64,000 bases of DNA from a virus. Its lineage: Duplodnaviria; Caudoviricetes. A program made the translations under genes and the position numbers. Below the pieces are notes generated by a model, which did not search any database, was not told the DNA's origin, and worked only from the letters and a program-made list of their open reading frames with translations. The DNA is taken from the IMG/VR virus record IMGVR_UViG_3300028591_000070, positions 1-64,000 of that record; one strand, 5' to 3'. This document shows positions 17,987-28,067 of the stretch, piece after piece (positions within the stretch are counted from its first letter, which is position 1; the number at the start of each line of letters is the position of its first letter).

Positions 17987-19837
17987 ATGAGTATGCAAGA
18001 AAAAATCAATGGTACATCTGATGCTAAACTCCGTGAGTCAGCAATGTTGAAGATGTATAAGAATGATAAAAACTTCCGTGCAGATAAACTTATCGAAGCT
18101 TGGTCGGAAGTACCTGAAATTGGTGCAGGTCTTAAAGACATGCCACTTGGAACAGCTCGTAACACAGCTATCAACCTTGACAGACAGTACAACTGGATGA
18201 ACTCTTTGAAAGAGTCTCAGATGTCAACTGCTCTTAACAACTTTACACCAGAGAACATGCTTCGTCTTGTTCGTCTCGCAATGCCTAACATCATTCGTAA
18301 CAAAGTTTTCTCAGACTTCGCTCTTGAGACAACAAAAGATACTATTCAGTACGTTCGTCCATTCTGGGCTAAGACTGCTAATGGTAACGATCTTAATGAC
18401 CGTGATCCATCTTACACAGGTGGTGCAAATGATCCATCAGATCCATTCGAATATTCTAAGGGTGGTGACTTCAATGCTGATGATTTCCGTAAAGCACTTT
18501 ACGAAGATACACGTGACCGTCCAAATGACGAGCTCGCTAACGGTATTGTTGAAGGTAACATCGGTGGTGAAGTAACAATCCACTTCCGCAAGATGGCTGC
18601 TGCTGACCTTGCTGGTATTTCTGGCGAGAATGCTGAACATGCTGCATTCCTTTCTGGAAAATGGGGTGCTAACGGTGCAAACTATGTTGATGGTTACACA
18701 ATGATTTATGGTTACAACCCATCTGAAAGAAGAGCTTCTGAAAGAGCTGAACAGCATGTAATTGCTATGCAGGATAAGAGAAGTGGAGAATTCTTCGCTG
18801 CTCCTGGTTTCGAAGTAACATTGGTAAAACCTGTATTACTCCGTGACAAGTTCTTCAACAAGCTTGAAGCATACAATACTGGAAACGGAAACGTTATGCC
18901 AGGTTCAACTGCTGCTGCTAAGGCTATCAACGCAACTGTTGGTGACTTGGTTCTTGAAATCAAGACAACTGACGATGTAGCTAAGAAAGCTCCTTGGTAT
19001 GTAGAAGGTGAAACAAGAATTGCTGGTTTCGCACGCTTCAATTCAGAAGGTGACTTCGAAGGTAACTACCTTGGTGAAGTTGAAATCCAGTTGGCAGACT
19101 ACCAGTTCAAGCCACGCGCTACTGCAATTGGTGTATCTTGGTCACAGCTTACAGAAATTACTCTTGAAACATCTTATGGCCTTTCAGCTGAAGAGCTTCT
19201 TGTAACTTCTGCTTCACAGGAAATCCGTGCAGCTCTTGACTATCGTGCAATCCGTCTTGGATATGCTGTAGCTAAGACAAATGCTTCTATGAACCCTAAC
19301 TATTACTACGTATTTGACGCAGCATATAACTCAGGTGATGGAAACGCTAATGCCGCTCGTGGTAAAGATGGTTATACAGACAATGCTCAGACAGTTCTCT
19401 CTGCATTCGATACTGTAGGAAACATCATTTACAATGAAATTAACCGTGGTGGTGTATCTCGCCTTGTTGCAGGTCCATCAGCATGTTCTTACCTTAAACT
19501 TAACAAACAGTGGTCTTCTGCTGGTAAACAGGCACAGTTCGGTGCTCACCAGGAAGGTACATTGGATGGCATGCCAGTATTTAAGGTACCTAATACAATC
19601 ATTCCTGAGGATGAAATCCTTTGTGTATGGAAAGACGACCAGAACGAGACAGAAGTTTCTATCGCATTCGGTACATTGGTTCCATTCTTCTCAACAGGTA
19701 TCATCCAGCGTAAAAACTTCTATAAAGAAGCAGGTATCGCTACATATGGCGATTATCACGTTCTTAACAGAAGATTCCTTGCTATTGTTAAACTTAGCAA
19801 CCTCAAGGATATCGCTACACAGGGTGAAAGAGCATAA
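17987..19837 (+). CDS. major capsid protein (T4 gp23-like)
   Basis: 616 aa; LIEAW, LVRLAMPNII, EIQL..YQFKPRATAIGVSWS, GIATYGD; strongly biased codon usage; AAGGAG SD; terminator follows. Confidence 0.85.
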   Translation: MSMQEKINGTSDAKLRESAMLKMYKNDKNFRADKLIEAWSEVPEIGAGLKDMPLGTARNTAINLDRQYNWMNSLKESQMSTALNNFTPENMLRLVRLAMPNIIRNKVFSDFALETTKDTIQYVRPFWAKTANGNDLNDRDPSYTGGANDPSDPFEYSKGGDFNADDFRKALYEDTRDRPNDELANGIVEGNIGGEVTIHFRKMAAADLAGISGENAEHAAFLSGKWGANGANYVDGYTMIYGYNPSERRASERAEQHVIAMQDKRSGEFFAAPGFEVTLVKPVLLRDKFFNKLEAYNTGNGNVMPGSTAAAKAINATVGDLVLEIKTTDDVAKKAPWYVEGETRIAGFARFNSEGDFEGNYLGEVEIQLADYQFKPRATAIGVSWSQLTEITLETSYGLSAEELLVTSASQEIRAALDYRAIRLGYAVAKTNASMNPNYYYVFDAAYNSGDGNANAARGKDGYTDNAQTVLSAFDTVGNIIYNEINRGGVSRLVAGPSACSYLKLNKQWSSAGKQAQFGAHQEGTLDGMPVFKVPNTIIPEDEILCVWKDDQNETEVSIAFGTLVPFFSTGIIQRKNFYKEAGIATYGDYHVLNRRFLAIVKLSNLKDIATQGERA

Positions 19838-19862
19838 GCTTAATCGCTTAAGTGCTTAGTGG

Positions 19863-19893
19863 AAAGGAGCTCTTTGGAGCTCCTTTTATTTTT
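19863..19893 (+). terminator. intrinsic terminator after the major capsid gene
   Basis: AAAGGAGCTC-TTTG-GAGCTCCTTTT. Confidence 0.85.
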
Positions 19894-19909
19894 TAAAACT
19901 AATTTATTT

Positions 19910-20791
19910 ATGTGTAATCAAGAAATAAAAGATGATTTTTTTATAAGATATGACCAGATTGACGATAAAATTTATTTAACTCATTGCTGTAGAATTGAGT
20001 CAAAAGCTTATTCATTAAAAGAATTAGAAGAACGTGGTCTTCAAAGTCTTATAGAAGAAACATCTAGTCTTGAACAGACTGTTAGACCAGGTAGTGAAAG
20101 CTTATGTAAAAAAACTTGTAAATATGCTTTACAACCTAAATCAATATTTATTCAAGCTATAGGACTATGTAATTTTCATTGTTTCCATTGCAGTTCTGGG
20201 CATGGGGATATTAAATGTACTTTACTTACAAAAAATCCTTTAAAAAATAAAAAAGTATTTTTTAATTTAATTGAGCATATTAAAAAATTAAATTATGATA
20301 CATCTATTATAGTAGATGGATCTGGAGAAATTTTTATATATTATAATACTCTATTAGATACTCTAAAGAGTTTAAAAAATACAAATATAAAACAAATTAC
20401 ATTTGAAACTAATGCATCTCTTTTAAATGAAGAAAAAATAAATACACTAAAAAAATTATCCCAAGAAACAAGTGTTGAGTATTTATTTAGAGTATCAATT
20501 GATGGTATTTCTAAAGAAACTCATGAAAAAGTTAGACCAACTGCGAATTATAATCAGTTAATAAAAGTATTTAAAATTCTTTCTGAGACATTTAATACTA
20601 CTATTAATTTTACTATAAAGCGTCCAAATGTAATGGATACACCTAAAGCAGAAGAATATTTTAAAAACTTATTCCCAAAAGCAAATTTATTTATTGAATA
20701 TGATTTTTTTGACAGTGACTTTTTGAAAGAGCAATTAAATGACGAAGAAGGAAAATATAGCTGTTTATTTATTCCTAGACTTCAAAATTAA
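19910..20791 (+). CDS. radical SAM protein with N-terminal Cys cluster
   Basis: CNFHCFHC, DGSGEIF, ETNASL, SIDG; start moved to MCNQ at 19910. Confidence 0.9.
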   Translation: MCNQEIKDDFFIRYDQIDDKIYLTHCCRIESKAYSLKELEERGLQSLIEETSSLEQTVRPGSESLCKKTCKYALQPKSIFIQAIGLCNFHCFHCSSGHGDIKCTLLTKNPLKNKKVFFNLIEHIKKLNYDTSIIVDGSGEIFIYYNTLLDTLKSLKNTNIKQITFETNASLLNEEKINTLKKLSQETSVEYLFRVSIDGISKETHEKVRPTANYNQLIKVFKILSETFNTTINFTIKRPNVMDTPKAEEYFKNLFPKANLFIEYDFFDSDFLKEQLNDEEGKYSCLFIPRLQN

Positions 20792-20805
20792 AACTAATTT
20801 ATTTA

Positions 20806-21660
20806 ATGAAAAATAATAATGGAGAAATTGCTCAAGACTGTGGGTTTTTATCAACTTTAAGTTGTTGTTTATGTAGACCTAATAAGGTTATGCTTAGGCC
20901 ATGTTGTTTTATACCCTTTCCTAAATGTAGTATTTTATCTTTAGATGATTTTTTTAATAAAACGTTTAAAGAATTGAGTGACTTAAGGCCATTCAATAAA
21001 GATGCTATTGACTGTAAATTTAAATGTAATTTAAAGCCAGTTGATACCTTAGAAATAAATTTTTTATACAAATGCAATCTTAAATGCCATCACTGCATAT
21101 CTGAAGCACCTTTAAATAAAGAAGACGTGAATATAACAAAGAATTATATATTAAAAATATTTGATAAGATAATAAATGAGGGTTATCATTTTAATAAAAT
21201 TCATTTAGATGGATCTGGAGAGATATTCATAATATATAAAGACTTAAAAGAATACTTAAAAAAGTTGTCTAAAGATATAGTTAATGAGATAATGTTTGCA
21301 ACTAATGCAACTTTGCTTACGGAAGACATAATTAAGGAATTATGTGAGATAAGTGAATCTACAGGAGTTAAATTTTCATTTGATATATCTTTAGATGGAA
21401 TCACGAAAGAAACATTTGAGGCAACTCGAGTAGGTGCTTCATTTGAAAAAGTTATAAACAATATTAAAAATTTAAGACCTCATTTTGAATATATGCTTTC
21501 ATTTACAGCAAAACGACCAAATATTACAGATAATCCTCATGATGTTATTTCTTTCTTTAAAGAACTAGGAGCAATATATCCAACCATAAGATATGATGCC
21601 TTAGATGAAAATATTAAACAAGAATATATGGAAAAATACCGTAACTTATTATCTTGCTAA
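20806..21660 (+). CDS. radical SAM protein with N-terminal Cys cluster
   Basis: CNLKCHHC, DGSGEIF, ATNATL, SLDGITKETFEATRVG. Confidence 0.9.
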   Translation: MKNNNGEIAQDCGFLSTLSCCLCRPNKVMLRPCCFIPFPKCSILSLDDFFNKTFKELSDLRPFNKDAIDCKFKCNLKPVDTLEINFLYKCNLKCHHCISEAPLNKEDVNITKNYILKIFDKIINEGYHFNKIHLDGSGEIFIIYKDLKEYLKKLSKDIVNEIMFATNATLLTEDIIKELCEISESTGVKFSFDISLDGITKETFEATRVGASFEKVINNIKNLRPHFEYMLSFTAKRPNITDNPHDVISFFKELGAIYPTIRYDALDENIKQEYMEKYRNLLSC

Positions 21661-21688
21661 GTTAATATTTTTTAAATGGAGATTTTTT

Positions 21689-22534
21689 ATGGCTTGTAAA
21701 GAACAGCATGATTTACAAATATTATATTATGACCACGATTTTGCTGAAGAAAAGTTTTCTATACAAATGTGTAGATGTTGTTTTCTTAAGCCCCAAGCTA
21801 TATTGTCATTAAAACAGTATAATGAGATTGATCCTATAGATTATATAGAATCTCATGATAATTCTAGAAAAGAATTTGTCCCAGCATGGGAAGGACATTG
21901 TGACCTAAAATGTAATTTAAACTCAAAAGTTAAAACTGTTTTATTAGGTTTATCTTATGCTTGTAATTTAAATTGCTATCATTGTTTTCATGATATTCAT
22001 AAAGATTTACCTTTATTAAAAGAAACTTATATCAATACCCTTTATAAATTAAAGGGTCATAATTTGGATGAAATCTCTCCAACAACAGCTGGAGAAGAAT
22101 TTATTTATTATAATGAGATTAGAGACTGGTTAAAGACATTAACTCCAAAAGATGTTAAAAAGATTAAGCATCAAACTAATCTCACTCTTTTAAATAGAGA
22201 AAAGATTTTAGAATTAAAACAAATTTCAGATGAAACAAAGGTAAAATATTTCTTTATGCCATCTATTGATGGCATAACTAAAGAGACATATGAGTCAACC
22301 CGTATTGGTGGAACATTTGAGGTTGTTATGCAGAATCTTAAAGACCTAGTTGATATTTTTGAACCACAAAATGTAAAGCCTTCTTTTACAATTAAGAAAA
22401 CTAATGTTTCAGATATCCAAAATATTATTAGCTTCTTTAGAAATAATTTTGGAGTAGAAGTTGACATTGGCGCAGATGTTTATGATGAATTTTGTAGAAC
22501 AGTTCAGCCAGCTGCTTATGAGGAATGTAAATAA
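21689..22534 (+). CDS. radical SAM protein with N-terminal Cys cluster
   Basis: CNLNCYHC, AGEEF, QTNL, SIDGITKETYESTRIG; start moved to MACKEQ at 21689 (GGAG SD). Confidence 0.9.
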   Translation: MACKEQHDLQILYYDHDFAEEKFSIQMCRCCFLKPQAILSLKQYNEIDPIDYIESHDNSRKEFVPAWEGHCDLKCNLNSKVKTVLLGLSYACNLNCYHCFHDIHKDLPLLKETYINTLYKLKGHNLDEISPTTAGEEFIYYNEIRDWLKTLTPKDVKKIKHQTNLTLLNREKILELKQISDETKVKYFFMPSIDGITKETYESTRIGGTFEVVMQNLKDLVDIFEPQNVKPSFTIKKTNVSDIQNIISFFRNNFGVEVDIGADVYDEFCRTVQPAAYEECK

Positions 22535-23946
22535 TGGAAGTATGCCCACAAGATAAAAGAGTTAGCCTTGAAATTAGATTTGATGATGATGGAAAAGTAA
22601 GTTTAGCGAGGTGCTGTTTTTTATATGCTTTTAGTCATCTCACTTTAGAGGAATATGGAAAGATTAAAGATATTATCGATTATGCAGAAAACTCTAAAAT
22701 AAATTATGCAAAAAGTTCAAATATCTGTGTAGCTAAATGTTATCTCGAAAAAAGAATTAAACAAGTAGATGTCGGTATTTCTCATGCATGTAATATGCAT
22801 TGTATGAATTGTTTTTTTAAAGAGCATAAAGACACACCTGAAATGAAGAAGGCCTATTTTGATACTCTTTATAAAATTAAAGGCCATCAATTAGACACTA
22901 TTATGATGAATAATGGTGGAGAAGTTTTTGTTTATTATGATGAAATAATTGAATATCTTAAGTCTCTTACTCCGAATGATACTCGTCAGGTAACTTTTGT
23001 AACAAATTTAGTTTTATTAAATGAGGAAAGATTTAAGGAACTAAAACAAATCAGCGAGGACACAGGAGTTACTTATTTCTTTTTGCCTTCTGTAGATGGT
23101 ATTAAAAAAGAATCATATGAGGCGATTCGTTTAGGTGGTAAGTTTGAAAAAATTACAGAAAATCTTCATTTATTAGCAGATGTTTTTGGTCCTCAACAAG
23201 CAGTAATTCTTTATACTATTAAAAAGCCAAATATAGACGAGACTGAAAATGTCGAAAAATATTTTATGGACACTTTCGGAATTAGATGTTCTATATCATT
23301 TGACGTTTATGATAAAGAGTGCGAAGAAAAATATAATTCCATTTTTAGAAAGAATTATACGAAAGAAGAAAAAGAAGTTTCTTCTTCTAAAGAAGAAAAA
23401 TTTAAGTTTATAGATTCTGGAAAAGCTATTGTGTATCCTCTCTCTATTATTTTAAATAAAAATCCTAAAGAACAGAATGTCAAGAAATTTGCAAATACCA
23501 ATTTTAACATTTATATTTTAACTAAAAGATGTCCAAAATGGATTAAAAAATATATGAATGTTTTTTTTATAAAGACACCTAAAAAACAGGTTTACTTTAA
23601 TATGAATCTTAAAATTTTTACGCCATATATTTTAATGGTTGATGATTTGTCAAAATTAAATATAGAGTGTCCATCAATTCTTGAATACTTTTTATCAAAA
23701 ACAAATCGTGATCTTATAAAGCTTAATAATATTGTTAAACAAGATAAGTCATTTATTACAAAAAGTGGTTCATTTTTTAGTTATAATCTAATTATTAAAA
23801 CCGACTTTTTTAGAAAAAATTTCTATAATCTTAATTTAAGAAAAAGTTTAATAAAAAACTTTAAGAATAAGGATAAAATAGAGGTGGAAATTCCAGAAAA
23901 AGTTGCTTTTTTGTCTGATAAAAAATTATATAAGGAATTTTACTAA
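22534..23946 (+). CDS. radical SAM protein with C-terminal extension (possibly degenerate GT2)
   Basis: CNMHCMNC, GGEVF, SVDG; extension contains YILMVDD. Confidence 0.85.
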   Translation: MEVCPQDKRVSLEIRFDDDGKVSLARCCFLYAFSHLTLEEYGKIKDIIDYAENSKINYAKSSNICVAKCYLEKRIKQVDVGISHACNMHCMNCFFKEHKDTPEMKKAYFDTLYKIKGHQLDTIMMNNGGEVFVYYDEIIEYLKSLTPNDTRQVTFVTNLVLLNEERFKELKQISEDTGVTYFFLPSVDGIKKESYEAIRLGGKFEKITENLHLLADVFGPQQAVILYTIKKPNIDETENVEKYFMDTFGIRCSISFDVYDKECEEKYNSIFRKNYTKEEKEVSSSKEEKFKFIDSGKAIVYPLSIILNKNPKEQNVKKFANTNFNIYILTKRCPKWIKKYMNVFFIKTPKKQVYFNMNLKIFTPYILMVDDLSKLNIECPSILEYFLSKTNRDLIKLNNIVKQDKSFITKSGSFFSYNLIIKTDFFRKNFYNLNLRKSLIKNFKNKDKIEVEIPEKVAFLSDKKLYKEFY

Positions 23947-25769
23947 TGGAATTTTGTTCGCAGTTAGATAGGTCTATGCTAGAACTTTCAGTTTTTTCAA
24001 AAGGAAGCGTTTCATTTTCTAGATGTTCCTACTTGAAAAGTTTAGCATACCTAAAATATGATGAAGTTAAAAATATTGACATTTTTAATTATGATTACAT
24101 TGATAATGCTTGTAAAAAGAGTTCTACATTATGCTCTGTAAAATGTAATCAACTTTCTAATAAATTTGAAAATATTAAAATTGGCATTTCAAGAGCTTGT
24201 AATTTTAACTGTTATCATTGTTTTAATAAAGAACATAAAGACAATTCTCAAGATAAGGAAATCTATTTTTATCTTTTACATGAGGTAAAAGGTCATCATT
24301 TAAATGCCTTAATTTTAGGTCATCAAGGAGAAGTTTTTGTTTATTATGATGAAATATTAAATTATTTAAAAACTTTAACAGTAGCTGATTTTAAACAAAT
24401 CATTTTTCAAACAAATTTAAGTTTATTAAGTGAGTCTCGCATAAAAGAATTAAAAGATGTTTCAGCATCAACAGGCATAGACTATGTATTTTTACCATCT
24501 ATAAATGGTATTACTGAAAAAACTTTTAAGGCTGTTACAAACAGTAATAATTTTAATTTTGTAATAGATAATTTAAAATTATTATTAACTTATTTTGGAC
24601 AAAAAAATACAAAAGTTACTTTCACTATAAAAGAACCAAATATAGATGATTTGCCTAATGTAAATACATTTTTTAAGAACTTAGGAATAGTTTTTTTAAA
24701 TATAAATTATGATATGTATGATACTCGTTGTAAAGATCTTTATTTAGCATTTTTAAATAATGGTCAGTTTAAATGTATTTATGATACTTCATGTTTGGAA
24801 AACACTATTAAAAGTCCTTATTTACTTAAATATAAGAAAAAGTCTGAAACAGATGATGGTGAAAAATTTCTTCTCTTAAAGGAATATAAAAAATCGCATC
24901 AAAATTCATCAATAAATGAAATTGTTACTACACCTAAAGAACAGCCAGTCGAAAAAGTTTTGATCGACCCAAACTATGAAGGCCTTTTCACTATAGGTAT
25001 TACTTGCCATAAAGAGCAAACACTTTCTCCAAGTTTGATTAATCTTATTACATCTAGTAATAATATAAAATTTCTCATATCAAATGATGCCGGAAAAAAT
25101 TATAATAAAGGTTTGAAGACTTTATTAAAAGATAATCCTAATGTTCAATTTATTTATGCTCAACCTGGTATAGAGAATAATAGACAAAACATTTTATCCC
25201 ATACTTTTAGTAAGTATTTATACATTGTAGATTATGATGATGAAATAAAAATTGATGAGTCTAAATTGCTCACATTCTTAGAAAAATGTAATGACGAAGT
25301 TATTATGGTAAATCCTTATGAGGATGGATCACAACCAGATTATATTTATCATAGTGATACTCAATTCTTTGTTGTTACTTGGGCTCAAATTTTTAGTACA
25401 AACTTTATAAGACAGGTTGGTGGATATATTCAAACTTGGAACTTTTATCATGAAGAATTTGGTACTAACGCTAATATTTTGGCAAATATTTATTCTAGAA
25501 ATATTGAATATCATGTGAGTCATATAAATGATAAAAATATTATTTATTACAATCATTTACTTTCTGACAGTATTGGCCATAATAGTATGCTTAAAAGAAG
25601 ATTTAAGGAAATTTATAATTTCGTGAAAAAAATACCAAAGAATGATAATATTACTTATAAAAAAGTTTTTCTAGAAATTTTTAAGGAAAGATTATCATTG
25701 ATGGGCCTTTCTGAAAAAAATTATGATCAGATAAATAGATTGATTATAAAACTTATAAGGAAGTTATAG
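23946..25769 (+). CDS. radical SAM / GT2-family glycosyltransferase fusion
   Basis: CNFNCYHC in the N-terminal half; C-terminal FTIGITC, ISNDA, GIENNRQ, YLYIVDYDD. Confidence 0.8.
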   Translation: MEFCSQLDRSMLELSVFSKGSVSFSRCSYLKSLAYLKYDEVKNIDIFNYDYIDNACKKSSTLCSVKCNQLSNKFENIKIGISRACNFNCYHCFNKEHKDNSQDKEIYFYLLHEVKGHHLNALILGHQGEVFVYYDEILNYLKTLTVADFKQIIFQTNLSLLSESRIKELKDVSASTGIDYVFLPSINGITEKTFKAVTNSNNFNFVIDNLKLLLTYFGQKNTKVTFTIKEPNIDDLPNVNTFFKNLGIVFLNINYDMYDTRCKDLYLAFLNNGQFKCIYDTSCLENTIKSPYLLKYKKKSETDDGEKFLLLKEYKKSHQNSSINEIVTTPKEQPVEKVLIDPNYEGLFTIGITCHKEQTLSPSLINLITSSNNIKFLISNDAGKNYNKGLKTLLKDNPNVQFIYAQPGIENNRQNILSHTFSKYLYIVDYDDEIKIDESKLLTFLEKCNDEVIMVNPYEDGSQPDYIYHSDTQFFVVTWAQIFSTNFIRQVGGYIQTWNFYHEEFGTNANILANIYSRNIEYHVSHINDKNIIYYNHLLSDSIGHNSMLKRRFKEIYNFVKKIPKNDNITYKKVFLEIFKERLSLMGLSEKNYDQINRLIIKLIRKL

Positions 25770-25770
25770 A

Positions 25771-26523
25771 ATGAAGTTTAATGTTGCTATTCCAAAACAT
25801 GCTTTAAATATAATAAAACAAGAATTTCCTCATGATAATATTATCATTTTTGATAAATCTTTATTTGAAGAATATTTTCCAGTTGATGATAATTTTAATT
25901 TCAATGAAGAACAACTTATGCTTTTAAGATTTATTCTTATTAAAAAATATAAGAATTTAATTTTTATCGACTATCCTAATATAACGATAAAGCCAGGTCT
26001 TCGAGAAGAAATAGTACAACTTAGTAAAACCAAAGATCAGTTTATTTATTTTAATGAAAAATATGATTTCTTTTATTCTAAATCATGCTTACCTGAAATA
26101 GAAGATGCTTTATTTAAGGTTGAAAACTTAAAAAGCCTATTGAGTATAAATAACTTTTCTTTATTTATGATCCCAAATACTAGAGAGTATAATTTTGAAA
26201 ATATTCTTTTTTATGGTGGCCTTAAATATTATATTGAGTTTTTCTTAAGATCAGAAAAAATTCTTCTTTTAAATTTAAATAAAACGCCTTTTGATTATAA
26301 AAAATATAGAAAACTGATTGAAGATGGAGTCTTTTTGTTAGGTTATAATGCTCTTCAATTTGAGACTGGAACTCCATATAATTCTAATAATTTATTACTT
26401 ATTGATTTTGATGTTGATAAGTTACCTATAAGATATGACCTTATAAAGATATATAAAAATATTGAAACTGAAAAAATGTATGTTGGATATTTTTCAGAAA
26501 TAACTTGTAAAGGAGTTTTATGA
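25771..26523 (+). CDS. hypothetical protein, weak glycosyltransferase-like pattern
   Basis: LLRFILIKKYKNLIFID resembles a degenerate GT32 motif; operon context. Confidence 0.45.
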   Translation: MKFNVAIPKHALNIIKQEFPHDNIIIFDKSLFEEYFPVDDNFNFNEEQLMLLRFILIKKYKNLIFIDYPNITIKPGLREEIVQLSKTKDQFIYFNEKYDFFYSKSCLPEIEDALFKVENLKSLLSINNFSLFMIPNTREYNFENILFYGGLKYYIEFFLRSEKILLLNLNKTPFDYKKYRKLIEDGVFLLGYNALQFETGTPYNSNNLLLIDFDVDKLPIRYDLIKIYKNIETEKMYVGYFSEITCKGVL

Positions 26524-28031
26524 AAAAAATAATTGAGAAAGAGGAATTTTCTAAAAAACTATCAAAATATCCTGATGAAATTATAAAATTATTTTCTCAT
26601 TTAATGAATGCTAATATTTATTTTTTTATAAATAAGGATAAGCTTGTTGTATTTAATGCTTATGGCACTCCTTCAAAACTTTATTCCACCAAAAGTAAGG
26701 TATTTACAAAAATAATAAAAAATAAAAGGCTAACATTTAATGATTTCAAAGAATTAAAATCTAAATTAGAAGAATTTGAAGTTAATTCATTTACTTTTCT
26801 TAGTAGAAAAGACTTTATTCAGAAACTAGAACCTAAAAATAAAATTACTGAGCTAAAAATTAATATAAGCAATTATTGTACACTAAATTGTGATTATTGC
26901 TTTCAAAAAGAAAAAAATACTAAGAGACTTACTTTTGAACAATGTAAAGAACATATTGATTCTTTTATGGAAACTTACAAATGTCAAAGTTTTTTATTGA
27001 CTTTAGCCATGACCTCAGAGCCATTTTTAGATTTTGAGTTGATAAAACAGATATATAAATATGTTCAAGAAAAGTGTCTTGATAAATTAAAGGCTTCTAC
27101 AACTAAACAAGATATTTATTCTTTTTTAGGAATATCTTCAGATGAAGAATATTTAAAGATATTAAATCAACGAGATTATTATAAGTCTAGTTTTAAAAAC
27201 ATGGATAAAAGATTTATAAGTGATTCTTTAGAAAAAGATTTAATAAATATTGATTTTATATCAGATGAAAATGAAATACAAAGAATAAATAAAGAAGTTA
27301 TTTATACGTCATTATCAGCTTCTAAAGATTTATATTATTTATGTTTGTGTACAAATGGAACAATTCGACCTTCTAAAGAAGACTTAGCATTTATTAAAAA
27401 GCTTTATTCATATGGACCTTTAAACTTAAGTTTTGATGGTGATTTTAAAGGAAATTCTCATAGAAAATATCCAAATGGAAAGCCATCCTATAATGATGTT
27501 TTAGAGAATATTCATTTTTTCCAAAAAAATGGCATAAAGTTAAAAATAAATTGTACTATTACTGAGGATAATAATGATTTTTTAAAACTAATAAAGTTTT
27601 TTCATAAAAATAATATTACAGATTTTAAGTTTAATCTCAAAAAAGGCGTATATTCAAAAAATCTTCTTAAAAATATAAGGAAATTCTATAAAGCTTATTA
27701 TACCCATAAGATTGATTCTCTTTATGGTTTTGAAAAATTTGGAAGTAATATTCATAAAGATTTTATTTATCTTATAAACTGTGAAGATTGTAATAGAAAA
27801 TGTATTGGCTTTGATAATAAAGAATATTATTGCGATTATTTCATCGGCAATAACTTAAATCTTCCTAAATCTGGAGTAAATGTTTTACGAAGAAATAAAT
27901 GTACAAATTGTCCTTTTGCTTTAATCTGTGGTGGAACTTGTCAAGCAATCACAAGGTCAACAAATATAGATGAAAAATCATGTGAAGTAAGACAAGAGAT
28001 ATTTAAACAGATTGTTTATTTCACAAGTTAA
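26520..28031 (+). CDS. radical SAM/SPASM maturase-like protein
   Basis: CTLNCDYC, SEPFL, CTNGT, SFDG, HRKYPNGKPSY; SPASM-like CTNCPFALICGGTC...C. Confidence 0.9.
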   Translation: MKKIIEKEEFSKKLSKYPDEIIKLFSHLMNANIYFFINKDKLVVFNAYGTPSKLYSTKSKVFTKIIKNKRLTFNDFKELKSKLEEFEVNSFTFLSRKDFIQKLEPKNKITELKINISNYCTLNCDYCFQKEKNTKRLTFEQCKEHIDSFMETYKCQSFLLTLAMTSEPFLDFELIKQIYKYVQEKCLDKLKASTTKQDIYSFLGISSDEEYLKILNQRDYYKSSFKNMDKRFISDSLEKDLINIDFISDENEIQRINKEVIYTSLSASKDLYYLCLCTNGTIRPSKEDLAFIKKLYSYGPLNLSFDGDFKGNSHRKYPNGKPSYNDVLENIHFFQKNGIKLKINCTITEDNNDFLKLIKFFHKNNITDFKFNLKKGVYSKNLLKNIRKFYKAYYTHKIDSLYGFEKFGSNIHKDFIYLINCEDCNRKCIGFDNKEYYCDYFIGNNLNLPKSGVNVLRRNKCTNCPFALICGGTCQAITRSTNIDEKSCEVRQEIFKQIVYFTS

Positions 28032-28067
28032 TATTAAACTAAATAATTTATCTATGGAGAAAATTAC

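Noticed and set aside
17953-19859. Several overlapping and antisense ORFs within the major capsid gene
   Set aside because: Expected by-product of strong codon bias in a highly expressed gene
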